Assembly (NCBI RefSeq): GCF_009834535.1
Contig: NC_045707.1
Coordinates: forward strand, 47,556,001-47,620,000
DNA: 64,000 nt
Direction of reading: 5' to 3'
Origin: Camelus ferus
Lineage: Eukaryota
How positions within the stretch are numbered: position 1 is the first letter of the stretch; every line of letters starts with the position of its first letter. Shown piece by piece: positions 25,945-38,800 of the stretch. The notes beneath the pieces are model-generated. The model made no database searches. It had not been told where the DNA came from and was given only the letters and a program-made list of their open reading frames with translations. Made by a program: the position numbers and the translations under genes.

Positions 25945-27914
25945 CTGGAATTAAAGAGGAAAATAATGCAGTAAGTAGGAAATAAATAAAGATGCACATA
26001 CTTAAAGTATATCCTTAAGTAAATCGATTTTTGGAAACAATTGGTTGAAATCCAGATTACTGTTCTTTCTGGATCTTGAAAAGCATTTCCCAAAATACAC
26101 AGGTGATTTAAATCAGTGTTTCTGATCCCCAAGTTTAATCACCTGAATAAATAAAGGGTAATGTCCATAATGGGAAACATTTTAATCACCATCACATCAA
26201 TGGAAAGATCTTCATGTCCAGTATCCCTCCATAGTACTGAGTTAAATGAATGAGAATGAGGAGCCTCATTCTGGCCAACTCTGTGGGATCTTACACTAAA
26301 CCCTAAATAGACAGATTTCATACTCTATGATTTGTAAATAACTGAAATTGTTTTGAATATATAAGATGCTGAATTTTTTTAAAAGGATGTCGAAGATTTT
26401 GATGTGCATGACATACATTATGTATTAAATAGCAAAGAGAAACTTAAAACAGATAACATTCGTTTTTTTTCCCACAAAATAAATGAAACCCGACATCTTC
26501 TCTGGGTGGTAATTTTTGCTCCTGTGAAGTCAATAAAACTCTCCAGATTTATCAGACAGAGGAAGTTAAGGGGAATTTAAAACAGATAACATTCCTTATT
26601 TTGGAACTCACTTGTGAAGTATGAAACCAAAATACTATCTTATAATATGGCCAGTAATGGGTTGCCATTAATTCATGAGTTCTGATTTGTGCCATTAGGT
26701 GAAGTGAAGGATAGCTGTGCTTCATGTCAGGTTTTTAAAGAGGACAGATTTTTCCTAGCTTGACCTGTTCAGACACCCTAGCCTGAGTAGCTGAAAACAG
26801 AAGGCCGTCCAAGTTTCAAAACTGCGTCTCTTAATATCCATCCCCTCCCCAATCACCAATCATCTATTTATGGATTGATTAATGGGTGTCTATTTTATTG
26901 CCTAAAGATCCTTAATTATTCAGCTTAACTAACTAACATGCCATCTAGAAGCTTAGGTTATTAAACGATATGAGAGATCTAGTCTCATGATCTTACATCT
27001 GTATAAGGCTAGTCATTTAGTAAAGAAGTGAGTGGGACAGAACATTAGCTATCTCTGATGGCCAAGACATATTACAGCTCTTCTTCCCACCTCTAAGGGC
27101 AGGTGTCCCAGAGCCACAGAGAAGGCCCCTTGCTGATACCACTCCCATACACCAGTCAGGGAACAGACTGCGACAGGGGGAGTCAGACAGCAAGCCCCTG
27201 ATGGACCGTGAGACCACAGCTTCAAGGGTAGCAACAACGATAATGGTAACCATTAATACTTGGGTAAAGGGGAAAATCCCTATTCTTCGAAGAGATTTTG
27301 TGGCTTTAGTCCCTGGTGACTCATTTTTTTCTGTGATGCCAGCTGTACATTTGTTTGGATTTGGCAACTGTTAATTATAGGTAGGTCCTGAGAGACCAGG
27401 GCTCCTTCCCACCCACAGTTCCCAAATCCACATTTCTCAGGAAGGATGTGAGCTTGCAAATCAGAATGGGTGTCAGATGCCACCTTGGCACATGGCACAG
27501 ACAGAGAGGCCACCCCCTACCCCTTGCTCTGGCAACTTCCACTGTGGTGGACAATTTGGACGAAGAAAAGGCTGTTATGGACAAAAGGATCTCAAGTTTC
27601 ACTTGCTGAGGCAGGCCAGGCAGAAAGTCCTCTGGCTTCTGGGACTCACCTCGGATGTATACAGACTAAGTTGAGTCACTCTAAAAATATACACACCCTC
27701 TGACATCTGTAAGAAGTGGAACTTGCTTTTGTTACTGTTGTTTTTCAGGTCAGAGCTCTATGACTGAAAAAGCCAGTATTTATAAATGTCTCCATTTTTT
27801 TAGAGGGTAAAATCTGATTTGATGTATAAGAATATTTTCTATTTTTAACCCAATTTATTCAGAAATATTTCTAAACTCATTTACCAGACTTATTTAGAAA
27901 CAATAGCATTTTAA

Positions 27915-27994
27915 CTTTTTGTTGCACTTAGTTTTCATAACTAAGAGGAAATCATCAAAGAGAAACAGATAAACATCTAGGAATCTTGTGCTTT
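27915..27994 (-). pseudogene. PLEKHG7: PLEKHG7 exon (E)STRFLDVYLFLFDDFLLVMKTKCNKK
   Basis: PH beta-strand motif YLFLFxDxLL; 80 nt. The acceptor reads CAT instead of CAG and the donor reads TT instead of GT. Confidence 0.88.
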
Positions 27995-28270
27995 ATGAGG
28001 AAAGAAAGAAGGTGAAATTGGCACTGGGAATAGTAAACAGAAGGGGTTTTTTGTTTGTTTTTGTTTTTGAATCAAAGAATCCCTTAAAAAACAACAGAGG
28101 CCGGGGATCAGGGCACATCAGGCTTCCAGCTCAAGGGGACTCCAATCACGTGGGTCAGAAAACTGCATCACTGTTGAATTGATTTCTCCCTAAAGCAGGG
28201 ACCTTATGGGAGCCCATGTTCCCAACTTTAAAAACTCTATTTGTCCCATATGATATTACTTACATGAGGA

Positions 28271-28550
28271 GTACAGACATAGATGACAAACTTATGGTTA
28301 TCAAAGGGGAAACGGCGTGGGGGAGGGATAAATCGGGAATGTGGGATTAACACATACACACTACTGTATATAAAACAGATAAGAAACCAGGTTCTACTGT
28401 GTAGCACAGGGAACTATATTTAATCTCCTGTAATAAGCCATAATGGAAAAGAAAATGAAGAAGTATATATATAAAAATGAATCACTTTGCTGTACAGCAG
28501 AAACTAACACTGTGAATCAATTATATGTCTATAAAAAACTGAAAAAATAA
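28271..28550 (+). mobile_element. L1 3'-end fragment
   Basis: CAGACATAGA...AAACTTATGGTTATCAAAGGGG...GAATCACTTTGCTGTACAGCAGAAACTAACAC followed by an A-rich tail. Confidence 0.8.
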
Positions 28551-28714
28551 AGACATTGTATTTGTGATACATTTCATATGGATCTAAGATAACTTGGATG
28601 ATACTTGTGATTTCAACTAAGCCTAGGACACATCTATTGGCTAACAGAACTGGCAGCATTTTTGCCTCTTGACTCATCTGGGTGGTCATTACCAGAAAAA
28701 AGGCACTTTGTCAT

Positions 28715-29082
28715 TGCCATGGACTGAACTGTGTCTCCCCAAATTCTATGTGGAAGCCCTAACCTTCACCCCCTAATCTGTGTCAGCCTTTGGAATAAGA
28801 AAGTAATTAAGATTAAATGAAGGCATAATGGTGGACCCTGATCTGACAGGAGTACTGCCATCCCAAGAGGATATACCAGAGAGCTCGCTGTCTCTTTGCC
28901 AAGTGCAGACACTGAGGAGGCGGCCATCTGCAAGCCAGAAAAGAATTCTCACTAGAAACAGAATAAGCTGGTTTACCTTGACCTTGGACTTCCAGCCTCC
29001 AGAACTGTGAGAAACAAATGTCTGCTGTTTAAGTCACCCAGTCTGTGGTATTTTGTTATGGCAGCCCTGGCTGATTAAGAGA
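28715..29082 (+). mobile_element. MaLR (MLT1-type) solo LTR
   Basis: TGCCATGGACTGAACTGTGTC...CCTTGGACTTCCAGCCTCCAGAACTGTGAGAAA; TSD GTCAT/GTCAC. Confidence 0.85.
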
Positions 29083-30444
29083 GTCACTAAAACAATTTGT
29101 TTCTCAAGTTTTACAATGTGTCCATACATGTTCAAATAGTCTTCATGTAGCTTAATATTTACAAACTTTTTCTGATATCATTTTTGATAATAACTTAAGG
29201 CAAATAGGCTTTTTGACTTTTCCTAAAGAAGGAACATTAGTAGGAGAGAAATCAAATATTAGAATAAGACATCCCCCTTTCTATCCCTTCGAAATCAGAA
29301 AAAGAAATGGTTAAATTTAAATGATTTCCAGGGAAAAGGCAGTCCTTACAGAGGGGGATGTGACAGATGCTTAAAAGTAAATATAAGAAAAATCAGTGAT
29401 TTTTAAATTATTCTAGAGGTTTTTTCTTATATACTTTTACTCCTGGAAATGAACTGTCTAAGGTTAAATTAATAGATAAAATATCAAGGACTCATTTCTA
29501 TTCCTTCTCCTTTAAGTTTTAGAGGAGTGATACCATCAGTATTTGCACAGAAGAGAAATCAGATATTTTGTTCAATTTTGAATTGTCCTTGAATTAAAAA
29601 AAAAGTATTCCATTACTGCTGGAAACTTTCCTTTTAGCAAATCAGGCTGTGGCAAAGACTGCTGGTTGTCCCTAAAAAACATTCTTCCCCTTCTTTTGCA
29701 GTAATGAAATTTCCAAGCTTTAATGGGTAATATTCACTGTGAATAAATACATCTCCCAGCTTTCCCTGTAGCTAAATATGAACAAGTGACTAAATTCTGA
29801 CGAATGGAACCTGAGCTAGGATGCAGACACACCGGTGACTCACTGTGGGGCCACAGAAGAAAGCAGCACTCTACCTAGGAGGGCGGAGCGAAAGGACACA
29901 AGAGACCTGGATCCCTCATCGCCTCATGGAGCAGAGCTGTCATATCGCTCAGAATTTTACATGAGAAAGAAATTAATCTGTCTGTCTCTGATAGCTGCCT
30001 CACTGCCCTGTCTAGCACACAGGGTGGTGAATGGGACTTTTGGACAATGCTGGACCTTCAAGACCTGTTCAGAGCTGCTTTCCCCACCCTCTCCCACTCC
30101 TGTATGAATTAGGTGGATGACTGCTGTCAAAATGAAATCGTTTTGCTTACCCCTTCTAATTTCAAGTATTTTATTTCCACAGGCACTGAGCACCTTCTAT
30201 GTCTCAGATGTCATTCTAGGAAATGATGATTATCTTAGCTACCATTTATTAAGGCCCTAGTAGTCCCCCAAGCAGTCAACAAATACTGAGCACCTACTAT
30301 GCATCAATGATTAAGACACAATCTCTGCCTTCAAAGAGCTTCAATTCTAGTGAGAGCAGACACATGCCACCCTTCTATCGGCAGCAGTTGGACAAGCTAC
30401 AATGTAGCAAAGATGTTGGGTTTGCAAAGAAAACAGTCATTTAC

Positions 30445-30535
30445 CTGTAAGAGTTAATTTTCCTTCACAGAGCAGGTGTCTGTTGGTTGATGACAGGATG
30501 TTTTCTGCCATGTGTACTTTAACGTGTTTCAGGCA
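30445..30535 (-). pseudogene. PLEKHG7: PLEKHG7 exon CLKHVKVHMAENILSSTNRHLLCEGKLTLT
   Basis: tgcaag| acceptor and |gtaaat donor; 91 nt, open; PH start motif RxLLxEGxL. Confidence 0.9.
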
Positions 30536-30880
30536 CTTGCAAAACAAAGGAGAAAAATCAAAGAGATGTTAGTGACTAGAAGACAGCATGTTTCAGAAGC
30601 TGGGGCTGTCCAGAAAGTTCGAGACACTTGGAAATGCCAGTAGATGGACGCGGGAATGGAAAAGAATGGGAAAACCTCTCAGAAGGACCACCCCAGGAAT
30701 GGCGTGATGACGTCAGCCTCCCCCCACACAGTGCCATGTGGATGAAGGCTTTCCTTCTCACTCATAAAACTAGATTTTTTTATCCAAGTGGGAAGTTGGG
30801 GATTTTGTAAAACTGGTGTATTTCCACCCGAATGCCTAAATTCTGGAAAGAGACTATGTCCTAATCGACCCTTTTTGTAC

Positions 30881-30997
30881 CTCTGGAAATGAAAAACCTT
30901 TTATCTCTATCCCACCATGGAGGTCACACTATAATCTCCTACAGATGTCTGCATTTTTGAAAACTGTTGAGCCACTTCACTTTTCCTTCAAGATCCC
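30881..30997 (-). pseudogene. PLEKHG7: PLEKHG7 exon (R)DLEGKVKWLNSFQKCRHL*EIIV*PPWWDRDKRFFI/fs/PE
   Basis: Acceptor AG changed to GG; TAG at 30941-30939; TGA at 30926-30924; +1 T near 30888; |gtacaa donor. Confidence 0.92.
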
Positions 30998-32555
30998 CCA
31001 AAAGACAAGACACATCCAAAGTATTTCTAAATGCATGAGACATTACAGCATAAAATTAAACCAAGATCCACAGGAATCAGTTAGAGACAATGACTGATCC
31101 TGGAGCCAAACCGTATCTTAGGTTCACTTAATATATTTCTCACTGTCTAGATGTCTTAGAAGAACTCACTAATTTGAAATCAACCTCTTACAGGGAAAAA
31201 TAAAGCTTAATTAATTTAATTCAGTATGTTGGAAATGCATTGTGTATTTTTGTTTCAATAATACTAATAATGCCCTTGATAGCTTTCTCATATTCCCTAC
31301 ACCACATAGCTTGTGATTACAGGAAGGGGGAAAAAAATCAGCCTAGCAAGGAGAAACATATCTTTTTGTCTTAATCATAAAACATACATTTGCTTTATGA
31401 TAAGGATGATTATTTCTTTTGGTAAGAACTTCTTTTCTCTTTGAAGGTTTGTATTAATTTTCCAACGTTTTCTAGTAACATGTTGTTACTGAGGTTTTGA
31501 AATGATTTTTGGTAACATGGAGGGCAAGTCATAGACCCAAAGAATCATATGGTTAGGAAAATTCTTGAGAATTCACCATCTTTTAAGCTTACAGACTTAA
31601 AGGAGGGCCACAGTGATCTCTTTCCCCAACAATGAGAATTCATATTTTACTGAGAAATCCCTAGAAGAGATGCAATTATATTCCTCACAAACCTATCAAA
31701 ATGAGTAATAATGTACAAAATTACTTTGAAAGTTTAAAAAAGTCTGTCTTTAATTGAATTTTTGTCTTATTCACTTGATAAGCTGAATTCTAGTTCCTTG
31801 GGTCATTTTAGAAATTGAACAAAAAATTTAAAAAAGGAAATAAACTCCCAATTGAATGGTCGTTTTACTTTTAAACTTGCAAAGAAAAAAGTATCATTTC
31901 TGTACAGTTTATAATCATGAATTTAAACTGTTCCCTTTTGATACTCCCCAGGAAATCTTGGTTTATTGACGTACCTCATGTACTTTTTAATTTAAATTTG
32001 ATTATACAGACCTACTCAAATAAACCTAATTTATTTGGGAAAAGGGCTTGCTCTTTTCCCATTCCAAAATTTCGGTTTTAATTTAAAGACTGCAGTTGGC
32101 ATTATATTTAGATTGGCCCTGGATTTCAGTGGCCTAAAAAAACGACGGATGATAATTTATCCTCCGGAAAGACTCCCATAGTGTTTACTTCGATTAGCTT
32201 TGTGTGTGGGTTCAGTGTGGAGGTTAAAAACAAAGTGCCTTCATCATCTGGGAAGTAGAACTTTTCCTGACTGAACTCACATCTGAAAGCCTTGGAGACA
32301 GAGCCACGTCCTGCATGAACTTGGAGTTGGAGTTCTCATAGGGTTCGCCAGGATGTGACTGGACCCCATTGTTTCGAGCGTGCTGATTTACAATGCACTC
32401 AAACTTGAATTCTCATTTCCGAGAGCCATGACCTCAAGCCAATGGAATTACCTCCTAGGGTGGAAGCCCAGATGGTTCCCAGCAAGCACAGGGCCCCCCA
32501 ACTCTTTGATTAAAGCTGACACTGGAGTTCCGAGACACTTATCTCAGGGACTTAC

Positions 32556-32730
32556 GGATTGACTTTTCCACCTTTTCCTTGATAGAGTAGATCACGATTT
32601 CCTCAGTAGAGTCTGTACTCCTTTCCCAGATATTCTTCAGCAACAACGGGTATCTAGTCAGCTTGTGTAGTGGGGCCACTAGCAGCTCAGGCAGGTGAAG
32701 CCGTCTGCACTGTTCATTTTGCTCACACCA
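32556..32730 (-). pseudogene. PLEKHG7: PLEKHG7 exon WCEQNEQCRRLHLPELLVAPLHKLTRYPLLLKNIWERS...KVEKSI
   Basis: tcccag| acceptor and |gtaagt donor; 175 nt, open; DH CR3 region. Confidence 0.93.
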
Positions 32731-34055
32731 CTGGGAAAGGCAAAAACAGGTGTATCAGAATATTGCTTCTCCTATCAAGGCCCTGAGAAGTCTGGACACA
32801 AGAACTCTCAGAGATTTTACTCAGTAATTACATGACACACCTGTGAGACTGCTGGGAAAATTTACAAGCCATGGACTAAACTTTGCTTTGGAAAATTTCA
32901 TATTAAACAATCCTTAACAAGTATCTACCAGTGCCAAATTCAGGGTCTGAAATGAGTTTTTTCCAATGTGCTTAAGAATTATTATTGAATATTACTAACA
33001 TTGCTACTTTCCAATTAAAGAAATGAAAGAATCCTTCTTCAGATACCCTGCCTTCCTAGCATGGTGATGAAGACAGAAGTCATCAACATCACCTATAACA
33101 CCACCACTCAATCCTCCTAAATGGGAAAACTGATATCAAGATTTGAATGCACGGGAAAAGTCTGAATTCTGTTAAATCCCCCAGAAACAACATGCTCCAT
33201 CAGTGGCTGAGGTAGGATGTATTAATGGGCGTATTCCAGCCTTGCTTACTCTTCTCACTGAAGAGTTTAGTTTTGCCCACTGTCTTCTCCTTCTCCCTGG
33301 CCCTTGGAGAAGATTTCTGGTTTTGCCAACTCTGCTCCCACCCTGGCTGTGATACAGTTAGGAGAACTGAGAATCAACACTGGATGGGTAGAAAGAAGAA
33401 GGAAGGATTTTTTTCTGGTTGGGTCAGTTCTTTGACTCTCCTTTGTCGGAGGGAATCAGGACAATGAAGAGAAAACAAAAACAAGTTGAAGAGGCTAAGT
33501 TGATCTACAGGATACAGAATAGAGGAGGAGAGGGGAGAGGGAAAAAGACAAGACAATTTTCAACAGGGAGAGTATGTTCAAAGAGGCAGTTGGCAGGCAT
33601 ACAAGCAATGGGGAAGACAGGAAAAAGAATTTCAGTAAGTACTGCGATGAGTTAGGCATTTGATTTCCATAAATGGTATTCGAGAAACCCAAGTAAACAT
33701 GAGAATAGCTCCCACATTGGTTTCATTTGCTGTACTGTTTCTTCGAATACAACACTGAACCTGAGGTGCCCCAGCTTTTGTGCAGGTGACACATGATGCA
33801 TGGAGCCAGGTCTGTGGCCACTGCACACATGGGTACATCAAGAAGTATTACTGAAGGCTGTGTTCACTTCCTCTTCTCCCTTCTGAACACACCATACTGG
33901 ATCTGAGTCCAGCTCTAAATGGATCCTGACCTCACACTAAACATTCTTACTGTGGGCTCTTGCCTCTTCCCTCTTTCATGCTTGGTCCAAGCCCAGGTTA
34001 AGCCCTTTATCTCATGACCCAGACCCTCAAGATCAGCCTCGAGTGGGTCAAGGTA

Positions 34056-34385
34056 CAGTCAGTCCTACTATCTGTGGGTTCTGTGTTCTCAAATTCAACC
34101 AACTGCAAAGTGAAAATATTTAGGAAAAAAAATGCCAGAAAGTTCCAAAAAGCCTGAATTTGCTGTACATCAGCAACTATTTACACTGCATTTACACCAT
34201 TTATAAAGCATTTATATTACATTAGGTTTGTAAGTTACCTAGAGATGATTTAAAGTATATGGAAGGATAAGCATAGGTAATACGTAAATACTACACAATT
34301 TCATATACGGGACTTGTGCATCCAAGGATTTTGGTATCTATGGGGATCCAGGAAACAATCTCCTGTGGACACCAAGGGATGACTG
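34056..34385 (+). mobile_element. Tigger-family MITE (Tigger3a/MER7-like)
   Basis: TA|CAGTCAGTCC ... GGATGACTG terminal inverted repeats; internal AGAAAGTTCCAAAAAGC and GATGATTTAAAGTATA. Confidence 0.75.
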
Positions 34386-35820
34386 CATACTGTGGAAGGC
34401 TCCCTCTGCTTCCCCAAGATATCTGCACGCATCTTTATGCCCAGGTGTCAGCCCTTGCATTTTGGAGATGTAGGTACAATTAGCTACACCTCCAACAAGT
34501 CCAGAGCTCTCCCTTAGATATTTACAGAGACTGTGATTCTAATGGCTTCTTCTGGCCCCTGGACTTCTGTTTGCACACACACAGTTTCTTCCCTGAACTG
34601 TACAGGCCAAAGGCCAAACTTAGCCCTTTGGCTGGTTTCCTGTGTTGCTTTCCACTGTAAACCCACTCATGCCAAACGTTTTATGAATGTATGTGTTTAC
34701 TTTACTGAATATTTCAGGTTGTTGGGAGGGCCCATGTATACAGCCCACAACCACCATCCCCCAACCCCACTTTGGCTCCATTCTCCTTGAAATGAGAGAG
34801 CTCTTTCTCTCTCCTCCCCACCCCAACTTTCCGCCTTCTCCCTCCTAGCCTTGTGCCTCACAATTTGCCCTTGTCTTTCACAGCTTGCCCTGGGGGGGTG
34901 GCGGGGGGGGCAGTCTTAGGCTCCCTCACTAGCAACTTTATTGGAGGATTTCTTTTAAAAACATCCAGGCAACGTTCCTCCTTATGGGAATTTTGCTGGC
35001 ATGATCTTTCCCACTTCCCCAGCTACAGATGACAGGGCAGGAAAGTGAGCCCAGCGATGCAGAAAGGATAAAGCCCTAGGGACCAGGCTTCAAGGCTGAG
35101 GTACTACCTTCCCTTCTCCGAACCTAGGATTCCTCTTCTGTAAAATGGGAGAAGGTACCAGATGACCTCCCAGCTCAAAGTGGCTGTGATTCTCACTGGG
35201 GCTGGAAGAGATGCAGAAGGAAGCAGGGACTGCAGACGTGGGAAGGCTGGGAGTGGGCACAAGTAGAAAGAAGAGGTGTGGAGAGGCCCCAGTCCGTGAC
35301 CGTAGTGGCTGATTTCCTTGCTAAGTCACTGGCAGCAGCACGCCAGCACTGCCTGCTGGTCTTCATGGGAGGCTGGGGAGCTCCAGTGACTGATTCCTCA
35401 GCAGCAGTTAGGGATTCCCACAAAACATGCAGCCCTGGGCCATTGCTCCACACTCCATGCTATAGGGGAGAGCTTTAGCTGCCAGCACCCACCGGCATTC
35501 AGGATAAATGTAAAAACACCTAATCTCCTCTAGATATCAATCAGAAAAGAAACAGCAGCAGTAAACAATTTAGACAAAGATCCAGGCAGAGATACTAGAA
35601 GCTATCAATGTTTGGAAGGTCTCAGAAGAGTGAAAAAAGATCCTTGATGATTCTAAAAGTAAAACTATTAAGTTTTTCTTTCATTTCTCTATTGGATTTA
35701 TTTTTCAGGTCCACTAGGGAAAGAAAAGAAATTCTCTGTCATGAGAATTTGGACATAAAAGTTCTTTTCATGAATGACTACATCAATGGAAGCTCCTTTG
35801 GTTTTAAAATCAATTTATAG

Positions 35821-38800
35821 GTGGGAGATCAAGATGGGGGAATAGAAGGATGTGGAGCTCACCTCCTCTCACAAATACCTAAAAAATACAACCACATGTG
35901 GAATAATTTTCACAGAAGACCTACTGAATGCTGACCAAAGATCTCATACAACAAACCAATGCAAGAAAGAGCACCACATAACCAGGTAGGATGAAAGGAA
36001 AAAAAAAAAAAAAAAAAGGACTCAGGAAGGGACCTGAACCCCTGGAAGGGTGCTGTGAAGGAGGAAAGGTTTCCTTACCCTAGGAACCCCCTTCACCAGC
36101 TGGAAGATCAGCCAGGATAGAAAGGGAGCTTCAGAGGCTCAGAAGAGAGTATGGCAACTGGTTTGTGGCAGGCAGAACAGATGATCCTGGCCACCTTGCT
36201 GCATTCCCCAACCTGAGATGTGTGTCTGCTGATGTGCACAGGGGCTGGGTGCTGAAACTCAGGCTTCAGTGAAGAGGGTTGGGGTTGGCTGTGCTGAGAC
36301 AGCCTGAAGGGGCTAGAGCCTGGCCTGGCCACAACCAATGGTACATGCAAGATGGAGCCCAGGTCTGCTATAGAAGCCTCATTGTTAACACACATGTGAA
36401 GGGAGGGGAGGGGCCCCAACATAACAGCCTAATTCTCGGCATGCTCACAGACGGCATGGCTCCACCTCCATGAGCTCTTGGAGCGCACAAATGCCCACAG
36501 CTGCCCACACACAGAGCCAGGGCTGAAACCTGAGCCATGTCTGGCAGCTTTACACTGCCACAACCTTTGTAAACTCAGTGTCTGTGGGGCATCTGAGTGA
36601 TTACTGGTGCTCCTGTGGCTGGGGTGGGTCTGGAGTTAACGGCTGTGGGTTTTGCAGGTGTACACACAGAGGCAGGGCCAGTGTCTGCACTGATTCCGTA
36701 GCTCCCACAGCAGGTCCAGGTGCACGACTACACATGACTACTGTGGGCCCCGGTGCCTGACTATGGTGAATCTGTGCTGGTGTTGTGAGCACAGTGCTTG
36801 ATACACATCTGGGCCAATGCTGGCACTGCCACAGCTAAAGCAGGGCTGAGGGCAACTGCGGGCAACAGTGTACTTTGTGAGCCCACACACTGGGTGACAC
36901 GATTCCTGGTGGACAGCTTCTCTGGAGGAATATGCACTCAGTGGCTCCTCTCCCAGTGGAAGCATTCCAGTCCCACCTACCCAGTAGTGCAGATCAGAAA
37001 TGTATCTGGGGGCTTCTACTCTGACAGCTGGGGAGCAGACCGCACCCCTGACAGGACTAAGACAGCCACAGAGCAAAGAGGAGGCCCTGTTCAACATCCA
37101 GCGAAGGCTCTGGTCACCATAACCCCAATAACAACCCCTTATCAAGGGAATAACAGCCTGCACACACAGAGGAAAGACATGGCAGGCATCCATCCTAAAA
37201 ACAGCTCTTACAAGAAAAAGATTAGAGGTGCACAAACTACACAGGGGCACTCCCACACAAAAACAGCCCTTTAAGACCACAGTAGATAACTGTTACTCTT
37301 AAATTGATAGGGTCAGAGAAACATAAAGTGAAGAAGCTGAGGAACTGCTCCCAATTAAAAGAACAAGAGCAATTCCCTGAAAGAACAAAACAATGAAACA
37401 GATCTCTCCAGTCTATTAGATTCTGAATTCGAAAGAAAGTAATAAAAATACTGAAGGAGAAAAAAGGCTATCAAAAGAAATGCCAATCACTGTAATAAGT
37501 AACTAGAAATTATAAAGAGGGGCCAATTAAAATTAGAAACTTATTTGCTGAGTGAAAAGCCAAGCTTGAGGCAATAAATGGCAAGCTAAATAATGCAGAA
37601 GAACAAGTGACTGGAAGACAGAACAATGGAAAAAACCCAATCAGTACAGCAGACAGGAAAACAAAACAAAAATGAAAGCAATATACAAGATCTACGGGAA
37701 ATAGAAAGCAAGCCAATCTATGCATAACAGGGGTCTCAGAAGGGGAAGAGAAAAGGGGATCAAAAATTACGCCTGAAAACCTACTGAACCTAAAGAAGGA
37801 AACAGATAACCCAGTATAGGAAGCACACAGGGTCCCCAAAACAGATGAACTCAGACCTACAGCAAGACATACACTTAAATGGCAAAGGTTAAAGATAGAG
37901 AGTATTCCAAAGGCAGCAAGAGAAAAACAGAGTTAATTACAAGGGAGCCTTTATAAAAGTTTCCACTGATTTTTGTACAGAAACGTTGTAGGCTGGAAGG
38001 GAGTGGCAAAATTCAATAAAGTCTTGAAAGTAAAAAACCACAACCTAGGATACTCTACCCAGCAAGATTATCATCTAGGAAAGAGAAAGAATTTCTTAGA
38101 TAAGCAAAAATTAAAAGAATACAGCAATACTAAACCTATCCTAAAAGAAATATTGAAATGACTTCTCTAAATAAAAAAGCAAGAAATCTATAGAAAAGAG
38201 AAAATCACAATTGGAAAATAAATCAAGTAAGTCAGTACACAGTAAGAAAAAATTTGTGAAAGCAATGATAACTATAATGAATAGCAAAAGAATAAAAAAG
38301 GTGTTTAGGAGACATCAAAATCATAATATATGGGGGAGGGGAGTAAGAAAATGTATGTGTTTGAGCCTGTATGACTACCAGTCTAAAGCAGGTAGATTTA
38401 AAAATGAGTTAATATATTTTAAAAACTGAGTAACCATAAAGTAAAACATACAGTATATCCACAAAAACAAAAAACAAAAGAAAACTGTCAAACCACAAAA
38501 GGGAAAAACAAAAAGAAAAGGAAGAAAGAATACAAAATCAATTAGAAAAAAGGCTTAAAATGGCAGTAAGTACATATCTGTCAATAATTACCTTAAATGT
38601 TACTGGACTAAATGCTTCAACCAAAAGACACAAAGTGGCAGACTGGATAATAACACAAGAGCTACAATATGCTGGCCATAAGAGACACACTTTAAGGTGA
38701 AAGATACATAGATTGAAACTGAGGTTATGGAAAAAGATATTTTATGCAAATGGAAATGACAAGAAAGCAGGGGTAGCAATACTCATATCAGACAAAATAG

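Noticed and set aside
26980..27700. Cluster of overlapping short ORFs in GC-richer sequence, possibly an old LTR
   Set aside because: No coherent coding signal, and I could not define termini or a family.
30708..30715. Perfect CRE palindrome TGACGTCA
   Set aside because: A single 8-mer with no promoter context; compatible with chance in 64 kb.
34892..34910. G-rich tract as a possible G-quadruplex
   Set aside because: A simple low-complexity run with no functional context.
36738..37280. 180-aa (-) and 158-aa (+) ORFs
   Set aside because: They lie in the GC-rich 5' UTR of L1 A, with no splice signals or recognisable protein; chance ORFs.
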